64,000 bases of DNA from Dehalococcoidia bacterium (GTDB lineage: Bacteria; Chloroflexota; Dehalococcoidia; SHYB01): contig OZ244810.1 of the NCBI GenBank assembly GCA_965220155.1, positions 626,728 to 690,727 of the forward strand, in the 5' to 3' direction. Each line of letters opens with the position of its first letter. The first letter of the stretch is position 1. Positions 38,548 to 46,557 of this stretch are shown here, piece after piece. A model generated the notes under the pieces. It was not told the DNA's origin and did not search any database. It saw only the letters and a list, made by a program, of their open reading frames with translations. Both the position numbers and the translations under genes were made by a program.

Positions 38548-39573
38548 GTGGCCGGCATCCCCGTCGTCATTGCCTCGCCCCTGGGCGATGAGGTTATCCC
38601 GAAGCTCCAGGCTGTTTCGCCCCGGCTCGAAATTCGCAAGGCCGAGGAGCTCGTCCGGAACGAGATCAGGCTGGCCCGAGGCTCCCCGGGCAGCCCCGAA
38701 CACGCTCGGGCTATCGGAGCCCTCGACGCAGTCCTCCATGATGCAGAGGTCATGCTCTCCGGCTTCCGTCTTCCCGAGAACGTCCCGGCCCGAACGCCAA
38801 AGCTCAGGTGGGTGCAGGCCATGGCCGCGGGCGTCGAGCGGTTCCTGACCTCCGGCATCATAGAGGCCGGCGTCACGCTGACCAACGCCAAGGGCATAGC
38901 CGCGACCCCTATTGCCGAATGGGTCCTCGGCGCCATGCTCATGTTCTCGAAGCGCATGCCCGCTCACTTCGTCCGCAAGGCCCAGCATGACTACCAGCGG
39001 GCCGACGTCCTGCCGTTCAGCCTCGAGGGCAAAACGGTCGGCGTCCTTGGACTCGGCGCCATTGGGGGCGAGATCGCTCGGCTGTCGAAAGCCGTCGGCA
39101 TGACCGTGCTCGCAACGAGAAAGAATCCCTCGGGAGACCTTCCGCCCTGCGTTGACGCCTTGTTCGGGCCAGAGGGCACTCGAGACCTGCTCACCGAAAG
39201 CAACTTCGTCGCCGTCGCTCTCCCCCTTACCGGCGAGACCAGGGCTTTCATCGGCGAGGCCGAGCTCGAGGCCATGCGCCCAGCTTCCTACCTCATGAAT
39301 GTCGGACGCGGGCCCATCATCGACGAGGCTGCGTTGGTCCGCGCTCTTCAGGATGGCAAGATCGCTGGCGCCGCCCTCGATGTCTTCGAAAAGGAACCCT
39401 TGCCGCCTGACAGCCCATTGTGGGACCTCGAAAATGTCATCTACTCCCCGCATATCTCCGGGGAAGTCGACGACTATGACGACCGTGTGGTCAGCCTGTT
39501 CTCCCGGAACCTCGCCCGGTACGTCAACGGTGAGACCCTACTCAATGTCGTCGACCGGGACAAGGGTTACTGA
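38548..39573 (+). CDS. D-isomer-specific 2-hydroxyacid dehydrogenase family protein (NAD-binding)
   Basis: ...GKTVGVLGLGAIGGEIARLSKAVGMTVLATRK...NVGRGPIIDEAALVRALQDGKIAGAALDVFEKEPLP.... GTG start with a GGAGA RBS. The 5' part of track ORF 38122..39573 overlaps the tRNA and is an artefact. Confidence 0.75.
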   Translation: MAGIPVVIASPLGDEVIPKLQAVSPRLEIRKAEELVRNEIRLARGSPGSPEHARAIGALDAVLHDAEVMLSGFRLPENVPARTPKLRWVQAMAAGVERFLTSGIIEAGVTLTNAKGIAATPIAEWVLGAMLMFSKRMPAHFVRKAQHDYQRADVLPFSLEGKTVGVLGLGAIGGEIARLSKAVGMTVLATRKNPSGDLPPCVDALFGPEGTRDLLTESNFVAVALPLTGETRAFIGEAELEAMRPASYLMNVGRGPIIDEAALVRALQDGKIAGAALDVFEKEPLPPDSPLWDLENVIYSPHISGEVDDYDDRVVSLFSRNLARYVNGETLLNVVDRDKGY

Positions 39574-39639
39574 CCCGCGATAGGCCCTGCGGCGGTGAGG
39601 GCCAGCCCATTGGCCTCCTGGATGCGCTTTCGCACCGCG

Positions 39640-39700
39640 AGGGCTTTCAAGCCTGAACCTCAAGCTGTGACGCAACAGCCGGCCTTCTAGAGTTACCGCG
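39640..39700 (-). pseudogene. Relic fragment of a sufD-like gene (about 60 bp, about 88% identical to sufD nt 1626..1676)
   Basis: ttcaagcctgaacctcaagctgtgacgcaacagccggccttctagag matches ttcaagcctgacgttcaagttgtgacgcaacagccggcctcctagag in sufD. The minus-strand translation AVTLEGRLLRHSLRFRLES matches the SufD segment [21 protein letters not shown]. Confidence 0.45.
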
Positions 39701-39764
39701 GGCCCACCTCGTGCGCCCGAGCCACTACAATTGGCAGGCACCCCGATAGCCTAGGAGCAATGCC

Positions 39765-39950
39765 ATGCCCGTTGTCCGCCTCTCGATGTGGTCAGGCCGG
39801 ACCGTCGATCAGAAGAAGGAGCTGGCCCGCGCGATTACCGATGCAGTCGTCAGCATCGGCAAGACCACTCCCGACGCTACGATCGTGATCTTCGAGGAGA
39901 TTGAGAAGGAGGACTGGGCCCAAGCGGGAAGGCTCGCCTCCGAGGACTAA
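39765..39950 (+). CDS. 4-oxalocrotonate tautomerase family protein (61 aa)
   Basis: MPVVRLSMWSGRTVDQKKELARAITDAVVSIGKTTPDATIVIFEEIEKEDW... with N-terminal Pro after Met and size typical of 4-OT. Confidence 0.75.
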   Translation: MPVVRLSMWSGRTVDQKKELARAITDAVVSIGKTTPDATIVIFEEIEKEDWAQAGRLASED

Positions 39951-40008
39951 CCGGCCGTGCCACAGCCCACCTACACAGCCGTTTGTCCTTTCTGAACGGA
40001 GGTCTGCC

Positions 40009-41754
40009 ATGCCCGGCAGCCAGCGCGCCCGCTTCGAGCGCAACATCGAAATACCCATGCGCGACGGCACGGTCCTTCGGGCCGATAGGTACTCGCCGGA
40101 CGACGATGACCCGCACCCGGTGCTCCTCAACCGCACCCCTTACAACAAGCAGGGGGTTACGAGTTTCTTCGACGCCATCCGCGCCGCTGGGCAGGGCTAC
40201 AGTGTTATCGCCCAGGACTGCCGCGGCAGGTACAACTCAGATGGCGTCTTCTATCCCTTTCTGAACGAGACCGAGGATGGCTACGACACCATAGAATGGC
40301 TGGCCTCCCAGCCATGGTGCACCGGCAAGATCGGTATGTTCGGCCCGTCCTACATGGGGGTCACCCAGTGGCTGGCAGCCCTGGGCCGGCCACCTCATCT
40401 GACCACCATCGTTCCGTCCATCACCGGGTCCGATTATCACAACGGCTGGACCTACCAGTCCGGCGCTTTCCTGCTCGGGTTCTCCATGAGCTGGACCATA
40501 TCGGCCTTCGCCATAACCAACCTGGCGAAGATCAGGCCTCCTGCCGAGGAATGGACCGCCCTACGCGACTCTCTCATCGACGCCCTGGACGCGCCGGGCC
40601 CCTCGTATTCCCACTTCCCTCTGATGGAGTACCCCAGGCTCAAGCATCCCGGCCTTGCGCCGTACTTCTACGATTGGCTGGACCATCCTTCCGAGGACGA
40701 GTACTGGAAGCGCTGGAAGGTGTCAGATTTTCATGAGCAACTCACCATCCCTGTCTTCAACATCGGCGGCTGGTACGACATCTTCCTCAACGGGACGCTG
40801 GCCAACTACCAGGGGATGAAGCATAGGGCTGCCTCGGAAGAGGCCAGGAGTGCCGCGCGGCTCGTGGTCGGGCCCTGGTTCCATGGGGCCCCGCTCCTGG
40901 GCCAGGTCTCCGGCGAGCTCAACTTCGGGCTGGCTGCGTCCAGCCTTGCGTACGGACTGGAAGACCAGGTGCTCCGCTGGTTCGATTACTGGCTCAAGGG
41001 CGAAGAGAACGGCTGCCTCGACTCCCCGCCCGTCACTGTGTTCACCATGGGAGAAAACCGCTGGCGGAGTTTTGACCAGTGGCCTCCTGAAGGGGCACGT
41101 GAGGCCACCTGGTTCCTGCACAGCGGTGGCTTGGCGAACACCCTAGATGGGAACGGCCAACTCGACACCCGCAGGCCCGCCGATGAGCCCCGGGACCACT
41201 TCCTGTACGACCCTCGAGACCCGGTCCCCACCAGGGGGGGCGGTCTCTGCTGCGGTCCTACGATGTCTCCCGGAGGCGCCCACGACCAGCGCCCCATAGA
41301 GTCCCGGCCGGACGTCCTGGTCTACAGCTCCGAACCGCTCGAGGAGGATCTGGAGGTGTCGGGACCGGTCCGCGTCCACCTCTGGGCCTCTTCCTCCGCT
41401 CCGGACACGGATTTCACGGCGAAGCTGGTGGATGTCCACCCCAACGGGTATGCTCAGAACCTCATCGACAATCTGGTCCGCGCCCGCTACCGGAACTCGC
41501 TCGAGAAGCCGGAGCCCATCGAGCCCAATCGGGCTTACGAGTACACCATCGACCTTTTCGGGACCAGCAACGTCTTCAAGGCAGGGCACCGGGTACGCAT
41601 CGAGGTCTCCAGCAGCAACTTCCCCCGCTTCGACCGGAACACCAACACCGGGGGTGTCATCGCCGCGGACACGGAAATGCGTCCTGCGCTCCAGACCGTG
41701 CTCCACGACCAGGCCCATCCATCGGCGTTGGTGCTGTCCATCAGGCCGCGGTAA
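40009..41754 (+). CDS. CocE/NonD family alpha/beta hydrolase (X-Pro dipeptidyl-peptidase S15-like)
   Basis: MPGSQRARFERNIEIPMRDGTVLRADRYSPDDDDPHPVLLNRTPYNK...GYSVIAQDCRGRYNSDG...GMFGPSYMG... Confidence 0.85.
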   Translation: MPGSQRARFERNIEIPMRDGTVLRADRYSPDDDDPHPVLLNRTPYNKQGVTSFFDAIRAAGQGYSVIAQDCRGRYNSDGVFYPFLNETEDGYDTIEWLASQPWCTGKIGMFGPSYMGVTQWLAALGRPPHLTTIVPSITGSDYHNGWTYQSGAFLLGFSMSWTISAFAITNLAKIRPPAEEWTALRDSLIDALDAPGPSYSHFPLMEYPRLKHPGLAPYFYDWLDHPSEDEYWKRWKVSDFHEQLTIPVFNIGGWYDIFLNGTLANYQGMKHRAASEEARSAARLVVGPWFHGAPLLGQVSGELNFGLAASSLAYGLEDQVLRWFDYWLKGEENGCLDSPPVTVFTMGENRWRSFDQWPPEGAREATWFLHSGGLANTLDGNGQLDTRRPADEPRDHFLYDPRDPVPTRGGGLCCGPTMSPGGAHDQRPIESRPDVLVYSSEPLEEDLEVSGPVRVHLWASSSAPDTDFTAKLVDVHPNGYAQNLIDNLVRARYRNSLEKPEPIEPNRAYEYTIDLFGTSNVFKAGHRVRIEVSSSNFPRFDRNTNTGGVIAADTEMRPALQTVLHDQAHPSALVLSIRPR

Positions 41755-41757
41755 CGG

Positions 41758-41787
41758 TTTGACCGTCCTGACCGGTCATACCTATAA
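41758..41787 (+). promoter_or_regulatory. Sigma70-type promoter of rpmH (-35 TTGACC, 18-nt spacer, -10 TATAAT)
   Basis: tTTGACCgtcctgaccggtcatacc-TATAAT-atggaggtcttccaGGGGAGaatggGTG. Confidence 0.5.
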
Positions 41788-41813
41788 TATGGAGGTCTTC
41801 CAGGGGAGAATGG

Positions 41814-41951
41814 GTGCCAAAACGGACCTACCAGCCGAAAGTCCGGCGCCGGGCGCGCCGCCATGGTTTCCGTCACAGGATGACGGACAGAGGCGGGCAG
41901 GATGTGCTCAGGCGCCGCCGTCTCAAGGGCCGTCAACGGCTCACGGTGTAG
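41814..41951 (+). CDS. rpmH: 50S ribosomal protein L34
   Basis: GTG start; [45 protein letters not shown] (45 aa). Not in the ORF track because it is under 60 aa. Confidence 0.85.
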   Translation: MPKRTYQPKVRRRARRHGFRHRMTDRGGQDVLRRRRLKGRQRLTV

Positions 41952-41971
41952 CGTCGGGCCCCCCGGAGGCA

Positions 41972-42340
41972 ATGCAGCGGCAGAGGCGTCTGCGCAAGAA
42001 ATCGGAATTCCTTGAAGTCCAGCGCAGGGGCAGATGGTGGGCGAACGATCTGCTTGTGCTCCGGGTCCTCCCGAACCGGTCCGATACGAGTAGATTCGGC
42101 TTCCTGGTCAGCGGCCGCGTTGGGAATGCGGTTGTCAGGAACCGTGTCAAGAGACGGCTGAAAGAGATAACCAGACGCGAACCCGTGCGCAACGGGTGGG
42201 ACGTAGTACTGATCGCCAGGGCAGGCTCGGCCAAGGCCACCTTCGGCGCTCTGCAGTCTGCCGTCCGTGACCTCCACCGCAGGGGACGGTTGTTGTCCCC
42301 CGGGGGTGACGAGGGCACGGGACCAGAGGTCCGAAATTGA
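41972..42340 (+). CDS. rnpA: Ribonuclease P protein component
   Basis: [66 protein letters not shown].... GGAGG RBS 3 nt upstream. Contained in track ORF 41432..42340. Confidence 0.85.
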   Translation: MQRQRRLRKKSEFLEVQRRGRWWANDLLVLRVLPNRSDTSRFGFLVSGRVGNAVVRNRVKRRLKEITRREPVRNGWDVVLIARAGSAKATFGALQSAVRDLHRRGRLLSPGGDEGTGPEVRN

Positions 42341-42546
42341 AAGCATTGGCGGTCGCCGGAATCCGGGTCTATCGGGTGGCGCTTTCTCCCCTCCTCATGT
42401 CCTCCTGCCGCTATTACCCAACCTGCTCACACTACGGCGAGGAAGCGATCCAGAAGCATGGCCTCTTCCATGGTGGATGGCTGGCCGTCAGAAGAGTAGC
42501 CCGGTGCACTCCCTTCGGCGGCAGCGGCTACGACCCGGTGCCATGA
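42337..42546 (+). CDS. yidD: Membrane protein insertion efficiency factor YidD
   Basis: [72 protein letters not shown] start overlapping the rnpA stop (TTGA). Confidence 0.8.
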   Translation: MKALAVAGIRVYRVALSPLLMSSCRYYPTCSHYGEEAIQKHGLFHGGWLAVRRVARCTPFGGSGYDPVP

Positions 42547-43733
42547 CCGTCCTACCGCATGATGGAGAGCAGGACTCATCGTTGGACCGGAACGGGCGCG
42601 CGGGTCGCAAAATGCTTAGCGAAAGAAAGCGCGCCCTCGTGTCGGTCCTCATCTTGGGGGTTGCCCTCCTGCTCTCCGCGTGCGCCGGGCGAATTGCTGA
42701 AGAGAAAGGCTGGTCGGCGCCGGTGGTCGAGGATGGCATCCTCTTTGTCGGCGCCCGGTCGGGCCAGTACCTCGCCTTCGATGTCCACACCCTCGCCCTG
42801 GGAGACAGGATCAAGCTAGATGATGAGCAGACTGTCGCCCGGTGGCGCTTTCCCCGGGAACGGGACGAAACGCTGCGGGCTCCTTACGGACAGGCGCTCC
42901 TCAAGGGCGGCAACGCCTACCTCGTGGTGAACCGGGAAGAGGGCCGGAGGCAGGAGTCGGCGGAGCTGTTCGCTGTGGACGCCCGTGACGGACGCCAGGC
43001 TTGGGCAGACCCCGCCAGGATCAATGCCCATGTCTTTGGCAGCCCTGTGCTCCACGGCGCCCGGGTGTACCTGGCCGATGAGGAAGGATACCTCCACTCG
43101 TTCGAGCTCGAAGACGGCCGCCGCGCCCGGGCTCCCTTCAGGGTGTCCTCCGAGCGTTTCTGGTCTTCTCCAATCGTGGCGGACGGCGCCCTCTACATCG
43201 GTTCCATGGACAAGAGACTCTATGCCGTTGACCCCGACACCCTCAGAGAGACCTGGCACTTCGAGGCCGGCGGCGCATTCGCCTCGACTCCGCTGTTCCG
43301 CGACGGCGTCATCTACATTGGGGCTTTCGACCGGAAGTTTTACGCCATCGATACCGTTACCCGCCAGAAGAAATGGGAGTTTGAAGGCAATGGCTGGTTC
43401 TGGAACGATGCCGTCGCGACCCGGGACGGCAGTTTGGTCCTGGTCGGCTCCCTCGGCGGCTTCTTTTACGCGCTGAATACTGCCGACGGGGAGCTGGAAT
43501 GGGAAGTGGAGACCGAGTCCCCGGTCCGCGCCGCGCCGGTCATCGTTGGGGACCGTGTGTACGTCACCTCGGAGAACGGCAGTATCCTGGTCCTGGACAT
43601 GGAAACCGGACAGGAGCGCCGTAAGCTGGTCCTCGACGAAAAGGCCCTGGCGACGCCGGCCTGGGCCAACGACACCCTGTATGTTCATGACCTTGACCAG
43701 CGTCTCCAGGTGCGGGAGGCCCTCCGGCGATGA
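42543..43733 (+). CDS. PQQ-like beta-propeller repeat lipoprotein (BamB-like fold)
   Basis: Lipoprotein signal [24 protein letters not shown], then repeated ...LYAVD..TG...W.F motifs ([27 protein letters not shown]..., [20 protein letters not shown]...). ATG 42543 overlaps the yidD stop (ATGA). Alternative start ATG 42612 would directly precede the signal peptide. Confidence 0.7.
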   Translation: MTVLPHDGEQDSSLDRNGRAGRKMLSERKRALVSVLILGVALLLSACAGRIAEEKGWSAPVVEDGILFVGARSGQYLAFDVHTLALGDRIKLDDEQTVARWRFPRERDETLRAPYGQALLKGGNAYLVVNREEGRRQESAELFAVDARDGRQAWADPARINAHVFGSPVLHGARVYLADEEGYLHSFELEDGRRARAPFRVSSERFWSSPIVADGALYIGSMDKRLYAVDPDTLRETWHFEAGGAFASTPLFRDGVIYIGAFDRKFYAIDTVTRQKKWEFEGNGWFWNDAVATRDGSLVLVGSLGGFFYALNTADGELEWEVETESPVRAAPVIVGDRVYVTSENGSILVLDMETGQERRKLVLDEKALATPAWANDTLYVHDLDQRLQVREALRR

Positions 43734-43794
43734 CCGCACTTCAAAAACGCCCCGATAGTTGGGGTCAGCCCGTAATGAGAGGACGGAGGGTCTG

Positions 43795-44916
43795 TTGGAG
43801 GTCATAAGCTTCCTCTGGACCGAAGTCGTCACCCGGCCCATGACCAACGGCCTGGTGCTCTTTTATTCCGTCCTCGCCGGGAACTTCGGCCTCGCCATCA
43901 TTGCCTTCACGGTCGTGATCCGGATCTTCATGTATCCGCTCACGATGAAACAGCTCAAGGCCACGAGGTCCATGCAGCAGCTCCAGCCGCGCATGAAGGA
44001 CCTCCAAGAGCGCTACAAGAACGACAAGCAGCGGCTCCAGCGCGAGCAGATGAAGATGTTCAAGGAGGCCGGAGTCAACCCAATAGGTTGTCTGGGGCCG
44101 ATCCTCATCCAGTTCCCTATCTGGATCGGCCTTTTCTACGCTATTCGTGATACGGTCGCCGACACCCCGGAGCGCCTCGTCGGCCTCTCGAACTCCCTCT
44201 ATTCTTGGCTGCCGATGGTGGATGAGGCTGTGCCGCTCAATGGCACTTTCCTGTGGATGGACCTGGGACTGCCCGACCCCAGTCCTATCATCATGCCTCT
44301 ATTGGTAGGCGGCAGCATGTGGGTCGTCCAGAAGATGGCCGCTACTCCGAGCCTGGACCCCAGGCAGCAGTCCACCACCAGCATGATGAACTGGATGATG
44401 CCGGTGATGTTCGGGTTCTGGACGCTCGCTTTCCCCTCGGGGCTAGCGGTGTACTGGGTAGCCTCGAACCTCATCAGCATCGCTCTCCAGTACCGGGTGA
44501 CTGGCTGGGGCGGTCTACGGAAAGAGGCCCCGGCACCAGTGCCGGCGGCTGTCGGCGAGACAACGATCGAGGGGCAGAAGGTCCCGGCGGCACGGCACCA
44601 GTCTTCCGACAGCTCAGTCCGCAGCGCCCCAACGGGGCCTGCCAGCGGCGGACTCGGCGGCATATTGAAACGCATTTTCCTGGGCACGCCGCCCACCCCT
44701 GACGCGAGCTCAAGCGCCAACGCGGAGGGGGCCCAACCCCAGCTCGAAGCCGGTGAGGAGCCGGCCTCCGATGGGGACGGGGCAGCGCCTGCCCCAGAGA
44801 GGGAACGTGATGCCACCAGTCGAAAAGACCGGCAGGACAGTAGAAGAAGCTATCGACAAAGCTCTGGAGGAGCTCGGGGTCGATCTGGAAGACATCGAAG
44901 TCGCCGTCGTCGATAA
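43795..44916 (+). CDS. yidC: Membrane protein insertase YidC (short Gram-positive-type) with a long low-complexity basic C-terminal tail
   Basis: ...MTNGLVLFYSVLAGNFGLAIIAFTVVIRIFMYPLTMKQLKATRSMQQLQPRMKDLQERYKNDKQRLQREQMKMFKEAGVNP.... TTG start after a GGAGGG RBS. The tail (...SRRSYRQSSGGARGRSGRHRSRRRR) overlaps jag by about 107 nt, so the 3' end is uncertain. Confidence 0.75.
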   Translation: MEVISFLWTEVVTRPMTNGLVLFYSVLAGNFGLAIIAFTVVIRIFMYPLTMKQLKATRSMQQLQPRMKDLQERYKNDKQRLQREQMKMFKEAGVNPIGCLGPILIQFPIWIGLFYAIRDTVADTPERLVGLSNSLYSWLPMVDEAVPLNGTFLWMDLGLPDPSPIIMPLLVGGSMWVVQKMAATPSLDPRQQSTTSMMNWMMPVMFGFWTLAFPSGLAVYWVASNLISIALQYRVTGWGGLRKEAPAPVPAAVGETTIEGQKVPAARHQSSDSSVRSAPTGPASGGLGGILKRIFLGTPPTPDASSSANAEGAQPQLEAGEEPASDGDGAAPAPERERDATSRKDRQDSRRSYRQSSGGARGRSGRHRSRRRR

Positions 44917-45649
44917 GGGCCGCCGGGGCATACTTGGCCGCGGGGCTGAAGCGGCCCGCGTGATCGTGTCCCTGAAGGACGAGACCGAGTATCTCGACGA
45001 CGACGACGACAATCCCGACGACGACGAGCTCGAGGACGACGACGAAGGAGAGGAAGCCGTTGATGACGACCTCTTCGACATGGCCAAAGAGACCATTGAG
45101 GAGCTCTTGAGCGCCATGATGGTCGACGCCTCGATAGCCCTACCGCAACGCTCCAGCCGTCGTCCCGCCGGTAGGAGCAGAGGAGGTCCAAGCGCCGATG
45201 AGGGGTCGGGAGGCCTGTCCTTCAACATCGATGGCGAGGATGCCGGGCTGCTGATCGGCCGCCGGGGAGAGACCCTGAGCGCGATGCAGTTTGTCGTCAA
45301 CTTCATCCTCAGCCGAAAGGCCCAGACCAGAGTCAACGTCGCCATTGACGTGGAGGGCTACCGGGAAAGGCGCTACGACACGCTGCGCTCCATGGCTAAC
45401 CGCATGGCCGAACGGGCCACCTCCTCCGGGCGCCGCATCAGCCTCGAGCCCATGCCGGCCCGGGAGCGCCGGATCATCCACCTAGCCCTGTCGAACAACT
45501 CACGGGTCAGTACCGAGAGCTTCGGCGAGGGACAGGAGCGGCGGGTCACCATCATTCCAAGAAGAGGTGGAGGAGGCCAGCCCGGCGGAAATCGCCGGCC
45601 GCCGGGCGACCGCTATCCCCCCAGGCCGCCCCGAGATCCGGGCCTCTGA
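44810..45649 (+). CDS. khpB: Jag/KhpB RNA-binding protein (Jag_N, KH, R3H)
   Basis: MPPVEKTGRTVEEAIDKALEELGVDLEDIEVAVVDKGRRGILGRGAEAARVIV... acidic linker ...ISLEPMPARERRIIHLALS (R3H). Confidence 0.8.
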   Translation: MPPVEKTGRTVEEAIDKALEELGVDLEDIEVAVVDKGRRGILGRGAEAARVIVSLKDETEYLDDDDDNPDDDELEDDDEGEEAVDDDLFDMAKETIEELLSAMMVDASIALPQRSSRRPAGRSRGGPSADEGSGGLSFNIDGEDAGLLIGRRGETLSAMQFVVNFILSRKAQTRVNVAIDVEGYRERRYDTLRSMANRMAERATSSGRRISLEPMPARERRIIHLALSNNSRVSTESFGEGQERRVTIIPRRGGGGQPGGNRRPPGDRYPPRPPRDPGL

Positions 45650-45681
45650 AGAAGCCGCCCCGAGGCGGCGCGGGCAGCGGG

Positions 45682-46539
45682 TCAGCCTCCCTCGATCTCG
45701 AGGCTGATATCCAGCGCCTTCATGGAATGGGTCAGAGACCCGGACGAGATTTGGTCCACGCCGGTCTCAGCCACCGTCCGGACTGTGTCGAGGTTGATTC
45801 CTCCCGAGGCCTCGGTCCGGCACCCCGCTGCCGACGCCAATGCCGCTGCGGTGCGCATCTCTTTGAGCCCCATGTTGTCCAGGAGCAGCGTCCGGGCGCC
45901 TGCGCTTATAGCCTCGCGAGCCTCTTCCACCGAGGCGACCTCGATCTCGACCGGGATGCCGGGCGGGGCGCCCGCTAGGGCCCGGCGAAGGGTCTCGGCC
46001 AGTGTCATTCCCTGCGCTCGCAGCGCGGCGATGTGATTGTCCTTGATCAGCACACCGTCCGACAGGTCCATCCTGTGGTTGCGGCCGCCACCCATCCTAA
46101 CCGCATACTTCTCCAGGCTGCGAAGGCCCGGCGTCGTTTTCCGTGTGTCCAATATCTCGGCTCGGGTCCCGCTAACGGCGTCGACGTAACGGGCTGTGAT
46201 GCTCGCGATACCGCTCAGCCGCTGAAGGAAGTTAAGGGCGACGCGTTCGCCCGCCAGCAGCGACCTCATCGGCCCTTCGACCTTCGCAGCGACGTCCCCG
46301 GGCCGCACCCGAGCGCCCTCGGTGGCCACGGGCTCCCACCGGACCGCCAGATCCACCTGCCTGAACACCTCGCCGGCCACCGGCAGCCCCGCGACGACGC
46401 CTTGTTCCTTCACGAGGATGACTCCGGACCCGCGCATCGTCTCCCCGATCAGGGCTGCTGAAGTGACGTCGTTGTCCGCGGAGTCCTCGCTGAGCGCCGT
46501 CCGGACGATCTGCTCGACACCATTCAGGAGGCTGACCAT
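45682..46539 (-). CDS. nadC: Nicotinate-nucleotide pyrophosphorylase (quinolinate phosphoribosyltransferase)
   Basis: ...LAGERVALNFLQRLSGIASITARYVDAV...LDTRKTTPGLRSLEKYAVRMGGGRNHRMDLSDGVLIKDNHIA... Confidence 0.9.
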   Translation of the reverse strand: MVSLLNGVEQIVRTALSEDSADNDVTSAALIGETMRGSGVILVKEQGVVAGLPVAGEVFRQVDLAVRWEPVATEGARVRPGDVAAKVEGPMRSLLAGERVALNFLQRLSGIASITARYVDAVSGTRAEILDTRKTTPGLRSLEKYAVRMGGGRNHRMDLSDGVLIKDNHIAALRAQGMTLAETLRRALAGAPPGIPVEIEVASVEEAREAISAGARTLLLDNMGLKEMRTAAALASAAGCRTEASGGINLDTVRTVAETGVDQISSGSLTHSMKALDISLEIEGG

Positions 46540-46557
46540 GAGCGTCCCCTTTGCGGA

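Noticed and set aside
41700-41830. oriC/dnaA expected next to rpmH
   Set aside because: There is no dnaA gene, DnaA-box cluster (TTATCCACA) or AT-rich unwinding region. A hydrolase gene lies upstream instead.
41432-41971. Long N-terminal part of track ORF 41432..42340 (302 aa) as an extended RnpA
   Set aside because: It overlaps the end of the CocE/NonD gene and all of rpmH in another frame. RnpA starts at ATG 41972 with a GGAGG RBS.
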